Of a stretch of DNA of 64,000 nt, positions 59,983 to 64,000 are shown in pieces. Source of the DNA: a bacterium (GTDB taxonomy: Bacteria > Electryoneota > Electryoneia > Electryoneales > Electryoneaceae). Both the position numbers and the translations under genes were made by a program. Where the stretch lies: contig CAXXKJ010000002.1 of assembly GCA_963675295.2 (NCBI GenBank), forward strand, positions 1,120,001 to 1,184,000. Reading direction: 5' to 3'. The stretch's first letter is position 1, and each line of letters begins with the position of its first letter. The notes below the pieces were generated by a model that did no database searches, was not told the DNA's origin, and worked only from the letters and a program-made list of their open reading frames with translations.

Positions 59983-60789
59983 TTGGAGGTTAAGGTGGAA
60001 GGAGCGGGGAGCAAGGGACCGGAGACACCTTCGAAGTTCCCTGTACCGGAGGGTGCGCCGGATCCATTGAATCCGGATCACCTGGTGAAAATCGGTATGA
60101 TGGTGGCGGGCATTGCGCACAACATGAATGGTCCGTTGACCGGAATGATGGGCAACATTGATCTGTTGAAGCTGATGCATCCGGAATTGAAGGAAGGTCT
60201 GGAGAAGGTTGCATCGATCGGGCTCCGACTGCGTGAAGATATCCGGATCATGATGTCGAAGACGGTAACCGAGGGCCGGCGTGACGCTCGTGAAATGAAT
60301 CTCGGCGATGTAGTCAAGACAGAGCTCGAATTTTACAAAGCAGATCCTCGCCTGAAACATGAATGCAATTTGATCGTAGAAATAGCAGACGACCTGCCGA
60401 CGTTCAAAGCGGTGAAGGGTGATTTCTGGCAAACCTTCAGCGCGTTCCTGACCAACTCGATGGAAGCGATGAGCAGCAAGACGGGCAAGACGCTGATCAT
60501 CACGGTAAAGCAGGACGGTGAGGAGATCATCCTGAGCGTGCAGGACAACGGCGTCGGGATGGATGCGGAGACGCTGGAGAAAGCGTTTGATCCGTACTTC
60601 ACGACCAAGGAGCCGAGTCTGGAGGGGAAGTATCCACCGACCCTGGCGGTTGGTCTGGGTCTGACACATGCCAAGCACATGATGGACGACATCGGTGTTA
60701 CGATTGAGCTGGAGTCAGAAGTCGGAAAAGGCACGACGGCAACGTTGCGGATACCGTACAAGAAGGTTGAGGCGTTGTACAAGCGTTAA
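59983..60789 (+). CDS. Histidine kinase consisting of DHp + HATPase only
   Basis: AGIAHNMNGPL, N-box TNSMEA, DNGVGM, FDPYFTTK, GLGL; start uncertain. Confidence 0.85.
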   Translation: MEVKVEGAGSKGPETPSKFPVPEGAPDPLNPDHLVKIGMMVAGIAHNMNGPLTGMMGNIDLLKLMHPELKEGLEKVASIGLRLREDIRIMMSKTVTEGRRDAREMNLGDVVKTELEFYKADPRLKHECNLIVEIADDLPTFKAVKGDFWQTFSAFLTNSMEAMSSKTGKTLIITVKQDGEEIILSVQDNGVGMDAETLEKAFDPYFTTKEPSLEGKYPPTLAVGLGLTHAKHMMDDIGVTIELESEVGKGTTATLRIPYKKVEALYKR

Positions 60790-60814
60790 CAGGAACCGTT
60801 TGCGACATAATGTT

Positions 60815-60845
60815 AGCCCGTACAAGCTTTTGTACGGGCTTTTTT
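60815..60845 (+). terminator. Intrinsic terminator
   Basis: AGCCCGTACAA-gctt-TTGTACGGGCT-TTTTT. Confidence 0.85.
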
Positions 60846-60941
60846 AGTTGAATTCCATGTTCGTCTGATTGTTGGAGGCAAACTGGAATCCAATTTGCGC
60901 TAACGGATTGCGAAAAGGGGAACATGCATCAATTTGGTCCA

Positions 60942-62381
60942 ATGATGAGTACGAATCGCAAAACGATCATCTGGATTCGCAACGACTTACGTTTCCAGGA
61001 CAATCCCGCGTTGGCGATTGCCGCCGAAGCTGGAGACATTCTACCCGTCTTCATCTGGGACATCGAAAGCCACGGAGCCTGGGCTCCGGGGGCCGCGAGC
61101 CGTGTCTGGTTGCATCACGGATTGAACACCTTCCGCAAGGCGTTGGCGAAGTCGAACGTACCTTTCGTGATCCGTGAGGGCGACAGCGTACAGGAGCTTC
61201 GCAAGCTGGTCGTAGCAACAGGTGCCGATCAGGTAGTCTGGAATCGCCGCTACGAGCCGGCGTTGCGGGCAACGGACGAGCGCGTCAAGCAGGTGCTCGC
61301 GGATGACGGCGTCGAGGTTCAGGACTACCCGGGCAACCTGCTGTTCGAACCGTGGACCGTGGAGACGAAAGCTGGCGACCCGTACAAAGTGTTTACTCCG
61401 TTCTGGCGGACGTGTCTCGACGGGAAAGAACCGCTACCTCCGTTCGCTGTACCGGAGAAGATGCGGGCGTTTGAAAACGTGCCAGCATCTCTCAGCGTGG
61501 ATGATCTCGATCTGTTGCCACACGGCGAGGGTGAGTGGGCGCGCAGCTTGATCCGTCACTGGGAAGTCGGTGAACGGGCGGCATGGGACCGTTTCCAGGA
61601 ATTCCTCAATGATGCCGTCGCGGAGTACGACGAAGACCGTGACCTGCCCGGTATTGATGGGACATCACTGATGTCGCCGTACCTGCAGTTTGGCGAGATC
61701 AGTGTGCGCCGGATGTGGACCGCTGTACGTGCGTTGTCGCCCAAGTCGGATTACCATCAGAAAAGCATTGACCGTTACCTGGCGGAGTTGGGCTGGCGGG
61801 AGTTTGCCCACCACCTGCTCTACCATTTCCCGGATACGACGGACCAGCCGCTCCGGAAGGAGTTCGAGGAGTTTCCGTGGTCAAACGACCTCGTCGAGCT
61901 TGAACACTGGCAGCAGGGTAAAACCGGATACCCGATTGTGGACGCCGGCATGCGTCAACTGTGGCGTGAAGGCTGGATGCACAATCGTGTGCGAATGATC
62001 GTCGCCTCGTTCCTGACGAAGGATCTACTGATTCCGTGGCAGATAGGCGCTCGCTGGTTCTGGGACACGCTGGTTGACGCCAATCTCGCCAACAACACAC
62101 TCGGCTGGCAGTGGACCGCCGGTTGTGGCGCGGACGCGGCCCCCTACTTCCGCATCTTCAACCCAGTGACGCAGGGACAGCGGTACGATCCGGACGGATC
62201 GTATGTGCGTGAATATGTCCCCGAACTGAAAGAACTGGAAGGGGTGGAGGTGCACGAACCGTGGCTGCGGACTGCGCCGGCGCTGTTTGTCAACGGCGAC
62301 GGCCAGTACCCCGACCCGATGGTCGAACACAGCCTCGCTCGCAACCGGGCGTTGATGGCGTACGATCGAATCAAGAAGTAG
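60942..62381 (+). CDS. phrB: Deoxyribodipyrimidine photolyase (class I/III CPD)
   Basis: W.RNDLR..DNPAL, TS.MSPYL.FGEIS, L.WREF, G.TGYPIVDAGMR.L...GWMHNR.RM, RIFNP..Q. Confidence 0.95.
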   Translation: MMSTNRKTIIWIRNDLRFQDNPALAIAAEAGDILPVFIWDIESHGAWAPGAASRVWLHHGLNTFRKALAKSNVPFVIREGDSVQELRKLVVATGADQVVWNRRYEPALRATDERVKQVLADDGVEVQDYPGNLLFEPWTVETKAGDPYKVFTPFWRTCLDGKEPLPPFAVPEKMRAFENVPASLSVDDLDLLPHGEGEWARSLIRHWEVGERAAWDRFQEFLNDAVAEYDEDRDLPGIDGTSLMSPYLQFGEISVRRMWTAVRALSPKSDYHQKSIDRYLAELGWREFAHHLLYHFPDTTDQPLRKEFEEFPWSNDLVELEHWQQGKTGYPIVDAGMRQLWREGWMHNRVRMIVASFLTKDLLIPWQIGARWFWDTLVDANLANNTLGWQWTAGCGADAAPYFRIFNPVTQGQRYDPDGSYVREYVPELKELEGVEVHEPWLRTAPALFVNGDGQYPDPMVEHSLARNRALMAYDRIKK

Positions 62382-62393
62382 CTGTGGGTGGTT

Positions 62394-62479
62394 GGGGCAC
62401 TTGTTCAGTAAGTGTCCCGGGAGTAGGAACTGAGCTGTACGGAACGCTTGGCGGGACGCATCCTCCGGATGTGTCCCGC
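62394..62479. repeat. Two REP-like hairpins, related to the 51979 element
   Basis: GGGGCACTTG-ttcag-TAAGTGTCCC; GCGGGACGCATCC-tcc-GGATGTGTCCCGC. Confidence 0.65.
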
Positions 62480-62529
62480 TCGTCGTTTTGTTGGAACACC
62501 CCCTGCCCTCAGCGCGTACCTTCAGCACC

Positions 62530-63432
62530 ATGGCCAGCAACGATTCCGACCGCGCACTTGTCACCTCATCACTGATCCACCGTCTCGAGCCGCTCAGTTT
62601 GCGGGCGAAGGTAGTGGTTGAGGGGTTCCTCACCGGGCTGCACAAAAGCCCGTATCACGGGTTCTCCGTCGAATTCGCCGAGCACCGGATGTATCAGCCC
62701 GGCGACAATTTGAAGCATCTCGACTGGAAGGTGCTGGGACGGACCGATCGTCACTACATCAAGCAGTTCCAGGAGGAAACGAACCTCCGTGCGCAGATCC
62801 TGCTCGACGCCTCCGGCTCGATGGATTTCACTTCCGGAGATGTGAAGAAGATCGACTATGGCCGGTCGTTGGCGGCGGCGCTGGTGTATCTGCTACTGAC
62901 GCAACGTGACGCTGTCGGCTTGACCGTGTTCGACAGCGAAGTGCGTGAAACACGTCCGCCCCGATCCGCCCTGATCTGGCGCAACGAATTGTGGGCGGTG
63001 CTGGAGAAGGTCGTCGCCGAAGGCGAAACCCGCACCGGCGATGCGTTGCACCGTGTCGCGGAACGAGCGGGCCGACGCGGTCTGGTCATCCTCATCTCCG
63101 ACCTGTTGGACGATCCCGACGCCATCCTCGGCGGCCTGCACCATTTCCGTCATCTCGGGCACGAAGTGGTCGTGTTCCAGGTGCTCGATGATCGTGAATT
63201 GGACTTCGCGTTCGACCGGGAAGCGCGCTTCGAAGAGTTGGAAACGAAGCAATCGCTCACCGCCAGTCCATGGCAGGTGCGTGACGCCTACCAGCAGGAA
63301 ATGGCCGACTACCTCGAGACGATCAAGTCCGGGTGCAGCCGTCACAACGTGCGCCACCACATCCTCACCACCTCCACTCCCCTCGAAGATGCGTTGATCT
63401 CGTTTATCCTCAGCCGTGGACGGTTGGGATAG
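62530..63432 (+). CDS. DUF58 (VWA-like, MoxR-associated) protein
   Basis: G.H.SP..G.SVEFAEHR.Y.PGD....DWK, LDASGSM, ISDL. Confidence 0.92.
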   Translation: MASNDSDRALVTSSLIHRLEPLSLRAKVVVEGFLTGLHKSPYHGFSVEFAEHRMYQPGDNLKHLDWKVLGRTDRHYIKQFQEETNLRAQILLDASGSMDFTSGDVKKIDYGRSLAAALVYLLLTQRDAVGLTVFDSEVRETRPPRSALIWRNELWAVLEKVVAEGETRTGDALHRVAERAGRRGLVILISDLLDDPDAILGGLHHFRHLGHEVVVFQVLDDRELDFAFDREARFEELETKQSLTASPWQVRDAYQQEMADYLETIKSGCSRHNVRHHILTTSTPLEDALISFILSRGRLG

Positions 63433-63499
63433 TCGCCGGAACCGTGCTCCTGCTTGCATTGTGATACTATATGTAGTACTATAGTCGGTGAGGGGAGGT

Positions 63500-63802
63500 T
63501 TGATAAATCAAGCGAAGCTGGCGAAGTTGCGAGCGAAACTCTGTGACGGTGTTGCAGCATCAGGTGCTCGGTTGACTGATGTGTTGAAAACAATCGAAAC
63601 AGCCGGTTTTACCATCCGTCAAGGGAAGAAATCAACGCACTACATCGCTCAGCATTCGGAATTGACTCATCCAGACTTCATGCATGGCACACTATCCTTT
63701 GCTGAGAAAAAAGGAATTGTTAAAGCGTTCTACGTGAGGCGGATCTGTTTGGCCCTCGGGTTTCTCCTGGAAGGAGGAAAGCAAAATGGCGAAGACGCTT
63801 GA
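63500..63802 (+). CDS. HicA-like toxin
   Basis: Small basic protein, GF..RQGK.STHY...H, VK.FYVR; directly upstream of HicB. Confidence 0.65.
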   Translation: MINQAKLAKLRAKLCDGVAASGARLTDVLKTIETAGFTIRQGKKSTHYIAQHSELTHPDFMHGTLSFAEKKGIVKAFYVRRICLALGFLLEGGKQNGEDA

Positions 63803-64000
63803 ATACTATCGAAACTTGAAGTATCCGATCCATGTGGAACAGACAGAAGATGGGTGGGTCGCCTGGCATCCGGATCTGGGTAGATTGACGATGGCCGGAG
63901 TGGGTGAGTCGCCGCAAGAAGCGATTGAAGAACTGAACGATTTCCGCATCGAAATTATTGAGGGTTGGCTGGAACAAGGCTTGCCTGTGCCGGAACCGAG
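63786..64000 (+). CDS. HicB family antitoxin (runs off the window end)
   Basis: Hand translation MAKTLEYYRNLKYPIHVEQTEDGWVAWHPDL...GESPQEAIEEL...WLEQGLPVPEP. Confidence 0.85.
   Translation, partial: MAKTLEYYRNLKYPIHVEQTEDGWVAWHPDLGRLTMAGVGESPQEAIEELNDFRIEIIEGWLEQGLPVPEP

Overview
GC-rich bacterial chromosomal window. It probably comes from an FCB-superphylum lineage; this is an inference from T9SS-type C-terminal domains, a TonB receptor and TamB/TamA. The centrepiece is a complete dissimilatory sulfite reductase cluster, dsrA-B-D-L-C-N-(TPR)-T-M-K-J-O-P (13.7-26.6 kb). It is divergent from a YeiH-family transporter and followed by a CoA-disulfide/persulfide reductase-rhodanese. No sat/aprAB/qmo genes lie in the window. 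Other genes: a His-rich lipoprotein plus ZnuD-like TonB receptor, truncated globin, HD-GYP, ankyrin protein, endonuclease III, ppdK, aldehyde dehydrogenase, tamB/tamA, sfsA, a glutamate-cysteine-ligase-CBS plus M14 hydrolase pair, polyprenyl synthase, two Tat-exported sulfatases, hpt, a sensorless histidine kinase, photolyase, DUF58 and a HicAB module. I found no rRNA, tRNA, CRISPR array, integrase, transposase or reverse transcriptase. Less obvious signals: three orphaned gene 3'-tails, two of which bracket antisense cargo genes without any integrase; 7-nt-periodic intergenic repeats that often put TGA in all three frames just after a gene; several REP/MITE-like palindrome families; a poly-G tract inside a promoter-like spacer; a compositionally mosaic T9SS protein; and a nested RNA structure inside the dsr operon. 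All calls come from reading the sequence by eye, with no database search.
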